A stretch of DNA of 64,000 nt from an uncultured Rhizobiaceae bacterium (GCA_964350815.1 CAYGKW010000001.1:92120-156119); one strand, 5' to 3'. Shown: positions 20,557-31,289, counted from the first letter of the stretch. Made by a program: numbers and translations. The notes: generated from the letters alone by a model not told the origin.

Positions 20557-21851
20557 TGAAAAAATTCAAATTAAAAAGCTTTATCCCAAAATCTTTATTA
20601 AAAAGAACTGTTATTATTATTGTCACACCCCTGATTTTGGTGCAAGCAATTTCATTTTTTATTTTTTGGGATCGTTATGTGGATTCTGTGACAAGAACAA
20701 ATGCTGATAATATATCAAATTCCATTCATTTGATTTTAAAACTTCGCAGGGACCATAATTCCATCCTTCCCATTGTTCAAAAACGTCTAAGTATAGATAG
20801 TTATTTTTATGCTGAGAAAAACATTAAAGATTTTAACTACAGCAGTACCGATTCGTGGGGAAATGAATATTTATTTAATGCTTTGAAAAGAAGACTTTCC
20901 CAAGAATTTATTATTGATTCCGATGATCAGTTTTTTAAAATTTACATTGCTGTTAAAAAAGGAACCTTAAAATTTAATGTTAATCGGAAACGGCTTATCA
21001 GCAGAACCGCCCCCCTTGTTTTTATATGGGGCATTGGGGCTTCGATCATCTTTCTTATCATTGCAATTTTATTCATGAAAAACCAAGTGCGTCCCATCCG
21101 TAATTTGGCAGTGGCTGCAGAACAATTCGGTAAGGGTGATGATTTTATTGATTTCAAAGAATCTGGGGCAACCGAAGTCAGACAGGCTGGGCTTGCTTTT
21201 AACAAGATGCGTGAACGTATTCGCAAACAAATACAACAACGTACAGAAATGCTTGCAGCAATATCACATGATCTTAGAACCCCCCTTACGCGTATGAAGT
21301 TAGAAATAGAAATGATGGAAAATAATAAGGAAGCAGAGTTACTAAAAAAAGAAGTGACTGAGATGCAAAATATGATTAATGAATACTTAGAATTTGTTAA
21401 GGGCGATACACTTGAATTTGCAGAAGATACAAATGTAACTGAACTGTTAAAAGAAGTTTGCGATCAATTTTCAAAACAAGGGCTGAAAATTAAAACAAAC
21501 CTTAAAAAAAATATCCATGTAAAATTAAAACCGGGGTCCATCAAACGTGTATTCAATAATGTCATTGAAAATGCAAGAAGGTATGCATCAAAAGCTGAAG
21601 TTAGTTTGGATTATGATGACTCTTTTATCATAATTTCTATTGAAGATAATGGTCCGGGTGTCTTAGAAGATCAATATCAAGAAATATTAAAACCGTTTGT
21701 GCGCTTGGATACATCAAGAAGTTTGAAAACCGGAGGTGTTGGCCTGGGTCTAAGTATTGTTGCAGACATCGTTATCAACCATGGAGGGACTTTAAATTTT
21801 GACAAGTCACACTTGGGGGGATTAAAAGTTATAATTCAGCTGCCAAAATAA
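20544..21851 (+). CDS. envZ: EnvZ-like sensor histidine kinase
   Basis: Two TM segments, HAMP, H-box SHDLRTPLTRM, and N/G boxes (NVIENARRYA, DNGPGV, GGVGLGLSIV). Overlaps ompR by 13 nt. Confidence 0.85.
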   Translation: MGKLMKKFKLKSFIPKSLLKRTVIIIVTPLILVQAISFFIFWDRYVDSVTRTNADNISNSIHLILKLRRDHNSILPIVQKRLSIDSYFYAEKNIKDFNYSSTDSWGNEYLFNALKRRLSQEFIIDSDDQFFKIYIAVKKGTLKFNVNRKRLISRTAPLVFIWGIGASIIFLIIAILFMKNQVRPIRNLAVAAEQFGKGDDFIDFKESGATEVRQAGLAFNKMRERIRKQIQQRTEMLAAISHDLRTPLTRMKLEIEMMENNKEAELLKKEVTEMQNMINEYLEFVKGDTLEFAEDTNVTELLKEVCDQFSKQGLKIKTNLKKNIHVKLKPGSIKRVFNNVIENARRYASKAEVSLDYDDSFIIISIEDNGPGVLEDQYQEILKPFVRLDTSRSLKTGGVGLGLSIVADIVINHGGTLNFDKSHLGGLKVIIQLPK

Positions 21852-21858
21852 ATAAAAA

Positions 21859-22512
21859 TTATTCTGGTCTTAATTTTGTAAAACTGTCTTTCCCAAGCCG
21901 TACATTTTTCAAGAAGGCTGTAAGCTGGTCATCTTTTGACTTTTCTTGGAATGCTTTAAACTTATCTTCGGGCAAAGATTTAACTACTTTATCCAACATT
22001 TTTTGTACGTTTATTGTATCAAAAGGTGTTCCACGATAAATAAATGCTTTTTTAAGATTATCCATACCCAGTGATACAATAACATTCATAAAATAATCAT
22101 ACATAAATTCTGTTGATTTCAAAGCCCCCTCACGGAATGATCCGCATCTGTTAAAACACATGCCTGCACTTGTTTTTTTAGCAATACTATTTTTAATAAG
22201 CATTATTGAAAAATAGGGCATTCCAGATACAGGATCTGTTTCCAGTAGGTGCATTGTTGCAAAATTTCTTTTTGTATTTTTTAGTCTATCTTTAAGATAT
22301 TCGTATTTTTTTTGATAGGCCCCTGACATATCTTTTTTCTGTTGTAAAACTTCTTCAATGCCCTCAATAATCTTTTGTGCTGCTTGTTCACCGCCCCAAC
22401 AGCGTGTACGGCATTCAATCATAGATCCATCATCATCTGCAACTGAAGATTTTGAATTAACCATAAATAGTGTTACTAACACCAAACTTAGTTTTAATAG
22501 ATTTATTTTCAT
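21859..22512 (-). CDS. Hypothetical secreted protein (217 aa)
   Basis: Signal peptide MKINLLKLSLVLVTLFMVNSKSSVA. Several Cys residues. No recognisable domain. Confidence 0.45.
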   Translation of the reverse strand: MKINLLKLSLVLVTLFMVNSKSSVADDDGSMIECRTRCWGGEQAAQKIIEGIEEVLQQKKDMSGAYQKKYEYLKDRLKNTKRNFATMHLLETDPVSGMPYFSIMLIKNSIAKKTSAGMCFNRCGSFREGALKSTEFMYDYFMNVIVSLGMDNLKKAFIYRGTPFDTINVQKMLDKVVKSLPEDKFKAFQEKSKDDQLTAFLKNVRLGKDSFTKLRPE

Positions 22513-22566
22513 TTCCCCCCCGGAACTTTTAACTTAATATTAAGTATACCAAGAAAAAAGATTTTA

Positions 22567-23799
22567 TCACTTATTTTCTTCTTGGTCTTTACGTTCTATC
22601 TGAACCCCCACTGGCGTTGTGGATGGTACGTTGACAAAGTCTTGTTTATCGCTTTCTTCATCTGGACGTATTTTACTTCGCATTTGAAAGAAAAAGGCCA
22701 GTGTTCCTGTAAGCAATATAAAGAAAACAAACATACCACGGGGGCCCATAAAGCTCATAAACCAAGATGAAATCAAAGGCCCAACTGATGACCCGATGGA
22801 ATATGCAAACAATAGCCCCTGTGTTGCTGCCAAAATTGCTTTGCCATCAATATTATCACATGCATGATTAATGCTGATGGGATATAGAGTAAAACAAAAA
22901 CCACCAAGGAAAAATGACATAGCCATGGTTGTCGTTAAAAAATTGGAATCTATGAAAGAAATAATCAAACTACAAATACTGGATAATACAGCCATGACAA
23001 TCATTACACGGCGACGGTCAAATGAATCTGAAAATTTCCCAACAGGATATTGCATTACACCTGCCCCAAAAACTGTGGCAAACATAATCAAAGCCACTTG
23101 ATGGGCATCAAATTTTATAGCCCTTAAAAAATAAGGATGAAGCCCATAGATACTTCCTGTAATCATTCCGGCACTGAAGCATCCTAAGACACCTGTAGGG
23201 CTTATTTTGTAAAGCGCAGTAATGCCTAAGGCATCAGGTTCTTCTAACTTTGGATCTTTTGCCCGTGTCATGCAAAGGGGAATTACAGATAAACTGGCCA
23301 AAATTGCAGCCGTTGTAAAATGTAGGATAGAGTCAACTGAAAACAGGTCCAGCAACAAACTTCCTGCTGACTGGCACCCATATAAGGCAATCATGTAAAT
23401 TGATAAGATACGGCCGCGGTTTGACTTATCCCCACTACCAATTAGCCAACTTTCGATTATTAAAAAAAGACCTGAGGTACAAAAGCCCGCAATAAAACGC
23501 ATCAAAAGCCAAACAGGTGCATTAAAAACAAAGCCCAATGCCAAAGTTGAGGCTGCTATGCCAGATGCAAAAACTGCGTAAGCCCGAATATGTCCAACAC
23601 GTGTAATAAAAGGATCAATACGAAACGCACCCAAGATTTGGCCCAAGGCATAAACTGCCCACATCAAAGCAACCAATGTTGCTGTTGTGCCTTGTTGACC
23701 AAGGCGAACGGGAATCAAAACATTCATTAACCCGTTCCCCAGCATAATGATGCTGAGACTTATTAGCGGAGAAACAAATTTTGCGATAAAACTGACCAT
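22567..23799 (-). CDS. MFS transporter
   Basis: Twelve TM helices. MFS motif GKFSDSFDRRRVMI between TM8 and TM9. Confidence 0.8.
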   Translation of the reverse strand: MVSFIAKFVSPLISLSIIMLGNGLMNVLIPVRLGQQGTTATLVALMWAVYALGQILGAFRIDPFITRVGHIRAYAVFASGIAASTLALGFVFNAPVWLLMRFIAGFCTSGLFLIIESWLIGSGDKSNRGRILSIYMIALYGCQSAGSLLLDLFSVDSILHFTTAAILASLSVIPLCMTRAKDPKLEEPDALGITALYKISPTGVLGCFSAGMITGSIYGLHPYFLRAIKFDAHQVALIMFATVFGAGVMQYPVGKFSDSFDRRRVMIVMAVLSSICSLIISFIDSNFLTTTMAMSFFLGGFCFTLYPISINHACDNIDGKAILAATQGLLFAYSIGSSVGPLISSWFMSFMGPRGMFVFFILLTGTLAFFFQMRSKIRPDEESDKQDFVNVPSTTPVGVQIERKDQEENK

Positions 23800-23942
23800 T
23801 TATGACCTAACTCTCTATATCCAGAGTAACAAAAAAGTTATCAGTAATCACCCCCCAGTTTATATAATAAATATAAAGCATGATGAAATAACTGCTTACT
23901 TGTCAGTTATCATTTCCATTTAAGAAAGTAAATAGGGAAAGT

Positions 23943-24794
23943 TTATTTTAATATGTGCCCAAGAAGTTTTTTCAAAGTCTGGTGCAAATTTTTACGTTCC
24001 ACCACCATATCAACCATTCCATGGTCAAGAAGGTATTCCGAAGTTTGAAAACCGTCTGGTAATTTTTCACGAATTGTTTCTTCGATAACACGTTTTCCTG
24101 CAAAGCCAATGGTTGCCTTTGGTTCAGCAATTGCGATATCTCCTAACATCGCAAAAGAGGCAGAAACCCCGCCAGTTGTAGGATCAGTTAATAAAACAAT
24201 ATAAGGCAGCTTTGCCTCGCGAATCATTTGCACTGCAATTGTTGTACGTGGCATCTGCATCAACGAAAGAATTGCTTCTTGCATACGCGCGCCCCCTGAA
24301 GCCGGAATGGTAATGAAGGCAGATTTTGTTCGAACAGCCTCTTCCGCACCTTTGATGATACCTTCACCTACTGCCATCCCCATGGATCCACCCATAAATC
24401 CAAAATCAAATGCGCTTATAACAACTTTCTTTCCACCAATTGTGCCTACAGCCACAGTAATGGCATCATCGCGTTTTGTTTTATCACGATAGGTTTTCAA
24501 TCGATCTGCATATTTTTTGGTGTCTTTAAATTTCAAAGGATCTTGAACAACTTTGCCCAACGAAATTTCTTTATAGGTGCCCCCATCAAATAACAACTCT
24601 AAACGTTTTTTTACAGGGATTCTTAGGTGGTGGTTACAGTATTGACAGACATTTAAATTTTCAACAAGTTCACGATGAAAAAGCATTTGTTCACATCCAG
24701 GGCATTTGTGCCACAGATTTTCAGGAACATCTTTTTTTTCTTTACCCATCAGCTCTTTCAGCCTTGGGCGAACATAATCTGTTAACCAGTTCAT
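23943..24794 (-). CDS. accD: Acetyl-CoA carboxylase carboxyltransferase subunit beta
   Basis: Zn-finger CPGCEQMLFHRELVENLNVCQYCNHH. Crotonase-like CT domain GGSMG...GGARMQE. Confidence 0.9.
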   Translation of the reverse strand: MNWLTDYVRPRLKELMGKEKKDVPENLWHKCPGCEQMLFHRELVENLNVCQYCNHHLRIPVKKRLELLFDGGTYKEISLGKVVQDPLKFKDTKKYADRLKTYRDKTKRDDAITVAVGTIGGKKVVISAFDFGFMGGSMGMAVGEGIIKGAEEAVRTKSAFITIPASGGARMQEAILSLMQMPRTTIAVQMIREAKLPYIVLLTDPTTGGVSASFAMLGDIAIAEPKATIGFAGKRVIEETIREKLPDGFQTSEYLLDHGMVDMVVERKNLHQTLKKLLGHILK

Positions 24795-24951
24795 ACATCA
24801 CCTAATTATTCAATTTTATCTTCTATTTAGTATCAGAAAACACGGTCAGTGGCAAGGTCGATAACAAACCTTAGCAATCAGCCTTCTTAAAATAATAGTC
24901 ATTTATATAAAACTAGGATAAGCTTATTTAAAAATTAATAGGGAATTCATT

Positions 24952-26175
24952 ATGTCAATTTTATCCAATCTTCCTACAATTAACTGGGTCATTATTATTT
25001 CCATCCTTTTTTTCGGCGGAATATTTTTTCAAAAAAGGGTTTTAAATTCCTCTGGATGGCGTGCGGTGGGCACTCCGTTAGCCTCTATTATAGGAAGTGG
25101 GTTTTTAATAGTGGCCCCCCTTTTGTGGATGCTGGTTGGAAAATTTTCCATATGGGTCTTGCTGATCATCACAGGCGTTGGATATCTTATGGGAAATATT
25201 ATGCGATATAATATTAAATACGCAGAACCCCTTTCAAATAAAAATGACAAAACTATGAATCACTTTAATGCCTTAAGTGAAACAGCCTTGGCTTGTTCTT
25301 ATTTCATTTCTATTACATTTTATATTCAGTTGCTAAGTTCTTTCCTTTTAAAAATGGGACATATTACAGATACAACCTATGTCAACTTATTAAGCTCTAT
25401 CATTATATTAACGACAGGATTATACGGAAAATTTAAAGGATTTCGCTTTTTAGAAACAGCAGAAATTTATTCTGTAAATTTAAAAATGACAACCAATGTC
25501 GCCTTCTTAATTGCCTTATTGTATTATGATTCCAATCATGGATTTGGGGCAGCCCATAATAATGAAAACGTTTCGTTTTCAGTGGATACCTTGCGGCGAA
25601 TTGGCGGCATGCTTTTAATTGTGCAGGGGTTTGAAATTTCCAGATATCTTGGGCATAAATACAGCGCTGATTTGCGCATCAAGACAATGCGGTATGCCCA
25701 AATTATTTCCACCTTAATTTATGTTTGTTTTGTTTTTTTGGTGGAAAGTCTTATGACCGATTTCAAAGGCATAACAACAACCCTTGTTATTGACTTAAGT
25801 CGCCAAGTGGCGTTTATTCTGCCATTTGCTGTTATTATTGGGGCTATCTCTAGCCAATATAGCTCAGCCATTGCAGATATGATTGGGTGTGGCGGAACGA
25901 TTAACGAGGTAATACAAGACAGGGTAAAGTTGAAAACGATTTATCTGTTTATCGCCATTGGATGTGTCATTTTATTATGGACAGTTGATATTTTTCAACT
26001 GATCACTTTGGCATCTAGGTCATTTGCCTTTTATTATTTCTTACAGTGCCTCATTGCTTTTTATGTTGCAAAAACCATTTCCCATAAAAATGATTTCCTA
26101 AAACATATTAATATTTTTATTGTGGCGATTCTTATGCTGGCGATAACCTTCTTCAGCCTTCCTATGGAAGGCTGA
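24952..26175 (+). CDS. Hypothetical polytopic membrane protein (407 aa)
   Basis: Ten or more hydrophobic helices. No transporter-family signature recognised. Confidence 0.45.
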   Translation: MSILSNLPTINWVIIISILFFGGIFFQKRVLNSSGWRAVGTPLASIIGSGFLIVAPLLWMLVGKFSIWVLLIITGVGYLMGNIMRYNIKYAEPLSNKNDKTMNHFNALSETALACSYFISITFYIQLLSSFLLKMGHITDTTYVNLLSSIIILTTGLYGKFKGFRFLETAEIYSVNLKMTTNVAFLIALLYYDSNHGFGAAHNNENVSFSVDTLRRIGGMLLIVQGFEISRYLGHKYSADLRIKTMRYAQIISTLIYVCFVFLVESLMTDFKGITTTLVIDLSRQVAFILPFAVIIGAISSQYSSAIADMIGCGGTINEVIQDRVKLKTIYLFIAIGCVILLWTVDIFQLITLASRSFAFYYFLQCLIAFYVAKTISHKNDFLKHINIFIVAILMLAITFFSLPMEG

Positions 26176-26188
26176 AGAATTAATCTGT

Positions 26189-27109
26189 TTATATTTTATT
26201 GGAGCCTAACAACTGATCCCAAGTTGGTAAATCTTTACCACTTTGGGCGCAATCCAATTTGTACTTCAAGACAAATTTATCATAATCATCTTGATCAAAA
26301 ATTTGCACCTTACCGTTTTCAATGCGGGCAACTTCTTTAGAACCGGATTCTAAATTATCTGCCCAATAAAGACGAATTTTATCAGCATTTTTGAAATAAA
26401 CTGGGAAGCGTTCAGGGAACATTTTACCTTTGTTAATGACATCTTCAGGTGTCGATTGATAGTTTGCCTGAGTTTTTGATCGATGCTCAACCGCACCTAA
26501 ACGCAACTTGTCTTGGGCAGAACACAAAACAAGTTCAATACGATACCCATTTTCTTTCAATGTTTTATATAAATTTTCAACAGCAGGGGATGTTGATGTT
26601 GTCCCATGCGCAATATTATAATTTTTGGCAAAGGCCTTGTTAATAATGGTTGAAGCAATATAATTTGATGCCCAACGCCAGCGATTGTAAGCCGCCTTTT
26701 GCGCAATGGCAAAACTTTCCACCTGACTTATTGCATGAAAGGATAAAGATTCGCTGATGTACGTGTTAATCATCAACTTCAACGCACGGGGATCCGGATC
26801 TGCATAAACAAAATTATTGTAGTCAGCCTCTGTTGTTAAAATAGTTTCCAGTGTGGTTGATTTTAAAGCCCCTGGGGCCCCAGCTGTTGCAATATATACT
26901 GGTTTCTTAACAGGTTTTTTATCGCGGAAAGATAGCGTTTCAACATTTTTCAGATCTTCATTGATAAGCTTTATTTCATCGTCACTATAGTTTTTTAAAT
27001 GTTCTGAAATAACAGTTTCTGGAATCAATACTTTATTTGAAGTGTCTTCACAGGCTGCCAAAAATATAAAAACAATTAATGTATTTAATATTTTCATTTT
27101 ATTCTCCAT
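26189..27109 (-). CDS. Lipoprotein with a zeta-toxin-like / P-loop-kinase-like domain (degenerate Walker A)
   Basis: Lipobox LAAC after the signal peptide. YIATAGAPGALKSTTLETIL is P-loop-like (GxxGxxKST). It is followed by NFVYADPDPRALK, which resembles the zeta-toxin/AAA_33 'IDxDxxR' segment. Confidence 0.4.
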   Translation of the reverse strand: MENKMKILNTLIVFIFLAACEDTSNKVLIPETVISEHLKNYSDDEIKLINEDLKNVETLSFRDKKPVKKPVYIATAGAPGALKSTTLETILTTEADYNNFVYADPDPRALKLMINTYISESLSFHAISQVESFAIAQKAAYNRWRWASNYIASTIINKAFAKNYNIAHGTTSTSPAVENLYKTLKENGYRIELVLCSAQDKLRLGAVEHRSKTQANYQSTPEDVINKGKMFPERFPVYFKNADKIRLYWADNLESGSKEVARIENGKVQIFDQDDYDKFVLKYKLDCAQSGKDLPTWDQLLGSNKI

Positions 27110-28450
27110 TTATTTTTCAGTGGCGTAAGGGTTATCGCCTTTACGCATATAGATACGAATGGGAATTCCATCCATATCAAAATCATCCCGCAAGTTATTT
27201 GTTAGATACCTAACATAACTATCTGGTACATCCGTTGGCTTACTGATGAAAATAACAAACGTTGGGGGACGTGATTTAATTTGGGTAATATACCGCATTT
27301 TGATACGACGCCCTGAAGATAAAGGGGGCGGATTTTTATCAATAGTATATTCCAACCACTTGTTTAATTTTCCAGTTGAAATACGGGTTTGCCAAGTTGT
27401 ATAAACTTGGAAAACCACATCAAAAATTTTATGAAAATTACGGCCACTTAATGCCGAAACGTGAAGCACTTTAATATCCCTGACCTGCGATAATGTAAAT
27501 TTTAATTGATTGCGAACATCTTTCAAAAGCTTTTCAATATCATCAACTAAATCAATTTTATTCAACACAAGAATCAAAGCACGCCCTTCGTCAACAACAC
27601 GGCGGGCAATTGTTAAGTCTTGTTTTTCCAAGGGGCACGTGGCATCAACAACCAATAAAACAACTTCGGCATATTGAATGGATCGCATCGTTTCAGAAAC
27701 AGATAAAGATTCAACTTTTTCGTGAACCCGACTACGACGTCTTAAGCCTGCAGTATCAACCAACCTTACTGGCTTTCCTTTATAATCAAAATCAACCGGA
27801 ATGGCATCCCGGGTTGTTCCTGCAACCTCGCTTGTAACAAGTCGATCTTGGCCAATGGCTTGATTTATTAAAGTTGATTTTCCTGCATTGGGTCGCCCTA
27901 CAATGGCAATCTGCAAGGGTTTGTTTTTTTCTTCTATTTCAGGAGGAGCCTCTGAAGCATGAGGTAACATAGCATTGTATAGATCTTCCATCCCCTGGCC
28001 ATGTTCTGCCGAAATACAGATGGGATCACCTATACCTAATTTATAGGCTTCTGAGGCATATGCTTCTAAGTTTTTACCTTCAGATTTATTGATTAATAAG
28101 ATAATGGGTTTACTTTGACGCCGCAGCCAATTGGCAATTTCTTTGTCTTCCGGCAGGATACCTGTTTTACCATCTACTATAAATAAAATTGCCTCAGCTT
28201 CTTTTGCTGCAAATTCTGTTTGATTGCGCATGTGTGTGTTTAGATTTTGATCATCTGAATCTGCACTTAAACCTGCTGTGTCAACAATATCAAGATCTAA
28301 GTCAAACAAAGAACCTTGCGCATAACGGCGGTCCCTTGTAACACCTGGCATATCTTCAACAATTGCCATTTTTCTGCCGGCAATACGATTGAATAAAGTA
28401 GATTTCCCCACATTTGGTCGGCCAACTAGGGCTATTTTTAAATAGGACAT
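27110..28450 (-). CDS. der: Ribosome-biogenesis GTPase Der (EngA)
   Basis: Tandem GTPase domains (GRPNVGKSTLFNRI; GRPNAGKSTLINQ; DTAG twice; NKSE/NKID) plus a KH-like C-terminus. Confidence 0.9.
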   Translation of the reverse strand: MSYLKIALVGRPNVGKSTLFNRIAGRKMAIVEDMPGVTRDRRYAQGSLFDLDLDIVDTAGLSADSDDQNLNTHMRNQTEFAAKEAEAILFIVDGKTGILPEDKEIANWLRRQSKPIILLINKSEGKNLEAYASEAYKLGIGDPICISAEHGQGMEDLYNAMLPHASEAPPEIEEKNKPLQIAIVGRPNAGKSTLINQAIGQDRLVTSEVAGTTRDAIPVDFDYKGKPVRLVDTAGLRRRSRVHEKVESLSVSETMRSIQYAEVVLLVVDATCPLEKQDLTIARRVVDEGRALILVLNKIDLVDDIEKLLKDVRNQLKFTLSQVRDIKVLHVSALSGRNFHKIFDVVFQVYTTWQTRISTGKLNKWLEYTIDKNPPPLSSGRRIKMRYITQIKSRPPTFVIFISKPTDVPDSYVRYLTNNLRDDFDMDGIPIRIYMRKGDNPYATEK

Positions 28451-28547
28451 TTATTTTTCATTCAATTTTTTGCACATTACTTTAATTATTAGATCACACA
28501 GGCCAAGTCAATTGCATCTAGCACATTGCCAGGGTAACTTGATGCGT

Positions 28548-29858
28548 CTATTCAATGGCAATTAATTTACCATTATCCAAAAGTATATACATTATTTTAT
28601 CCACTATGATTGGAGAAAGCAACGCAGATCCAGGCAAATCCATTTCTCGGATAATTTCCCCATTTTCTGGGTTTATGCTGATAAGGTTATTATCACTACT
28701 TGTAAGGAACAGTTTATTGTCTGCCAATACGGGCCCTGCCCATAAAATTGGCTTTTTCTTCTTCTCAGGATCCTCAAATCGATTAAGCTCAGTAACCCAA
28801 GCAATTTGGCCAGTTTCCCGGACAATACCAAGAACTACATTTTCATTTGTTATAAGGAAAATGAATTCAGAGTTTACGACAGGGGTATGTGTGCCCCCAA
28901 AATCTTTGGCCCAAATACGATTTCCTGTTCTATAGTCTAAGGCCACCGTGCGTCCATTTTGTGCTGTCGCAATCACAGTATTTTTATAAACCACAGGCCG
29001 GGCACGAATCTGGGAAAGCATAGAAACAGAACTCATACTCTTTTCAGTCGTTAATGCTTCAACCCAAAGAGGATGTCCATTCTCTGCTTTCAAAGCAAAT
29101 AATTCCCCTGTAGAGTATGGGGCAAACACAACTTGGTCATAAACAGCTGGTGCGGCACCACCCACTAAACCTAGGGCTTCTGGTGTACCTTCGTGTTCCC
29201 AAACTTTTTCACCAGTCACAACATCAAAAGCAACAACGCGGTTGTTATTTGTTAGAACATAAACACGGTGACTGTCCACAGCCGGCGCAGAACGTGCCGG
29301 GTTTAGCATCGGCGTGCGCCAATAGATAAATCCTGTTTCAACATCCATTGCCAATGCTTCTGAATAAGGACTTGCAACATACAAGCGTTTACCATCAACA
29401 GCAACCCCTCCCCCTGGGCGGTAAGGTTTGCTTTCATTCCTATTTTTTGTATCTATTTTCCATTTTAATTTGCCTGTTTTGGCATCTCGGGCTTGGACAG
29501 ATCCATCTGCATCAATTGTAAACACAACATTATTCTTAATAACTGGGCCACCAAGTAGAAATGCTTGAGAGCTTGATCCACTTCCAATGCTTTCGGTCCA
29601 TATAGTTTGGCTAAGATCTCCCGCCTCGGCATTTGGCATGCTGTGGGCACCATTACCCCCCATCTGAGGCCAATCTTCAATATCATAGGGTTCGTCCAAT
29701 TCAATATTAAAATTTTCTGCATCTGAATCCGGTACAATTGTTGTTTCCATTTCAAGAAAAGCTTCGCGATCGCCTTCAAGACGTTCTTTGTTTTTTCCAC
29801 ACTGGGTCAGTGTGATAAGAACTAAACAACAAACAAAATATTTAATAAAAAGATTCAT
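28548..29858 (-). CDS. bamB: Outer-membrane protein assembly factor BamB (PQQ beta-propeller lipoprotein)
   Basis: Lipoprotein signal (LTQCG). Repeated PQQ-like blades. Conserved yfgM–bamB–der arrangement. Confidence 0.8.
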   Translation of the reverse strand: MNLFIKYFVCCLVLITLTQCGKNKERLEGDREAFLEMETTIVPDSDAENFNIELDEPYDIEDWPQMGGNGAHSMPNAEAGDLSQTIWTESIGSGSSSQAFLLGGPVIKNNVVFTIDADGSVQARDAKTGKLKWKIDTKNRNESKPYRPGGGVAVDGKRLYVASPYSEALAMDVETGFIYWRTPMLNPARSAPAVDSHRVYVLTNNNRVVAFDVVTGEKVWEHEGTPEALGLVGGAAPAVYDQVVFAPYSTGELFALKAENGHPLWVEALTTEKSMSSVSMLSQIRARPVVYKNTVIATAQNGRTVALDYRTGNRIWAKDFGGTHTPVVNSEFIFLITNENVVLGIVRETGQIAWVTELNRFEDPEKKKKPILWAGPVLADNKLFLTSSDNNLISINPENGEIIREMDLPGSALLSPIIVDKIMYILLDNGKLIAIE

Positions 29859-29862
29859 AGTT

Positions 29863-30513
29863 TTACTGGTTTCCTTTGATTGATTTGATTAAAGCTTTTG
29901 CCCTAAATTTTGCATACTTAGAAGCCTCTTTAAGATATTCTATTTTTTCAAATTCTTTAATTGCTTCTGCGTTTTGATCTTGGCGCATTTTCAAAAGACC
30001 AACGATTTCTAGGGCAGATGCTTCCCATGGGCTGTCTTTTTTAGCCAGTGGGTGTACAAGTTTCAACAAATCTTCCGGTGCCTGGTTTTCAATATCCATA
30101 TACGCCATTCGAATGATTGCCAAGTTTTTGTAAGTAACATCCAATCCTGTATCATCAATTATGTTTTTATAAACATCGCGTGCAGCATCTTCTTTTCCTT
30201 GCTCTTGCAATATGGCAGCAGCCATGAATCGTGACAGGTCTTTATATGCCCCACGATTTTGGGCAGGAATTTCATCCAATAAATTCAATGCAATTTTTTG
30301 ATTCTTGTGATCTATGGCTTGTAAGGCATTAAAATAAGTGGCGGCAACTTCTTGGCGTTGCCCTTCTTGGTATCTATTCCAAAAGGATATACCCGCCGTG
30401 ACAACCAATATTGCTAAGACAATGGAATAGACATGGTTTTGATACTTTTTCCATAATGCTGCATATTTTTCTTCTTTAAGCTCTTGCTTAATTTCGTTCA
30501 CTAAATCTGACAC
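29863..30513 (-). CDS. YfgM-family tetratricopeptide membrane-anchored protein
   Basis: One N-terminal TM helix (VYSIVLAILVVTAGISFW) then TPR-like helices. Position immediately upstream of bamB–der. Confidence 0.6.
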   Translation of the reverse strand: MSDLVNEIKQELKEEKYAALWKKYQNHVYSIVLAILVVTAGISFWNRYQEGQRQEVAATYFNALQAIDHKNQKIALNLLDEIPAQNRGAYKDLSRFMAAAILQEQGKEDAARDVYKNIIDDTGLDVTYKNLAIIRMAYMDIENQAPEDLLKLVHPLAKKDSPWEASALEIVGLLKMRQDQNAEAIKEFEKIEYLKEASKYAKFRAKALIKSIKGNQ

Positions 30514-30653
30514 GGTATATCTCCTTTACTAGATATAAAAATTACATTTGTTTTAACATGTATATCGCCGCTGTGGCAAACATTTTGTTTATTGCTTTTG
30601 GCTGATTTTATTGTAAAATAAGGAATACACAAATTAACTGGGAAGGATAAACC

Positions 30654-31250
30654 ATGTCTAAAAAATACCTATTGTTATTATCTTTATGTGTGGGAATTTC
30701 CACTGTGCCATTTGCTGCAAAAGCAAACTTTGGGAAAAAACTTGAAGCAATTAAGAACAGCAAAGATCCTACTGTTAATAAGTTGTCAGAAATATATACA
30801 GAAATTGATAATGCCTATCAAAACTTGGATGACAGTAAAATGACGGCAGAACAAATTGGCTTACAACTGTCAACAAAAGCCGCAAAAGCCGCTGCTGTCG
30901 CCAGAGAAATTGCAGAGGCCGATGGGAGCACGGGTGTAAAAGAAGAATTAGACCGTGTCACAGAACATACAAAATTTATCAGTTGTTATGCCTTAAATAA
31001 CAGGGAATATAAAAACCTTATGGAGGCCCTAAACAGCAGCAATGATGTTGGGATACAGGCCATGCTTGGAAAAACTGTGATGTGTCGAAAGATTGCAGGA
31101 ATCGCACGTGTAAAAGATGTGAATGATACAAACTTAATTCTTGAAAATATTGCCGGAACAACACCTGATTCACAAGAATGGGGAAGTGCCCTTGCAGTCG
31201 GGACATATATCATTTTTGATTCAGGAAACAAAACACCTGTAAGCGTTTAA
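30654..31250 (+). CDS. Hypothetical secreted protein (198 aa)
   Basis: Signal peptide MSKKYLLLLSLCVGISTVPFAAKA. Ala/Lys-rich helical region. No known domain. Confidence 0.45.
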   Translation: MSKKYLLLLSLCVGISTVPFAAKANFGKKLEAIKNSKDPTVNKLSEIYTEIDNAYQNLDDSKMTAEQIGLQLSTKAAKAAAVAREIAEADGSTGVKEELDRVTEHTKFISCYALNNREYKNLMEALNSSNDVGIQAMLGKTVMCRKIAGIARVKDVNDTNLILENIAGTTPDSQEWGSALAVGTYIIFDSGNKTPVSV

Positions 31251-31289
31251 ATTATAGTAAATATTAATTTTACTTACTACAATAGGATT

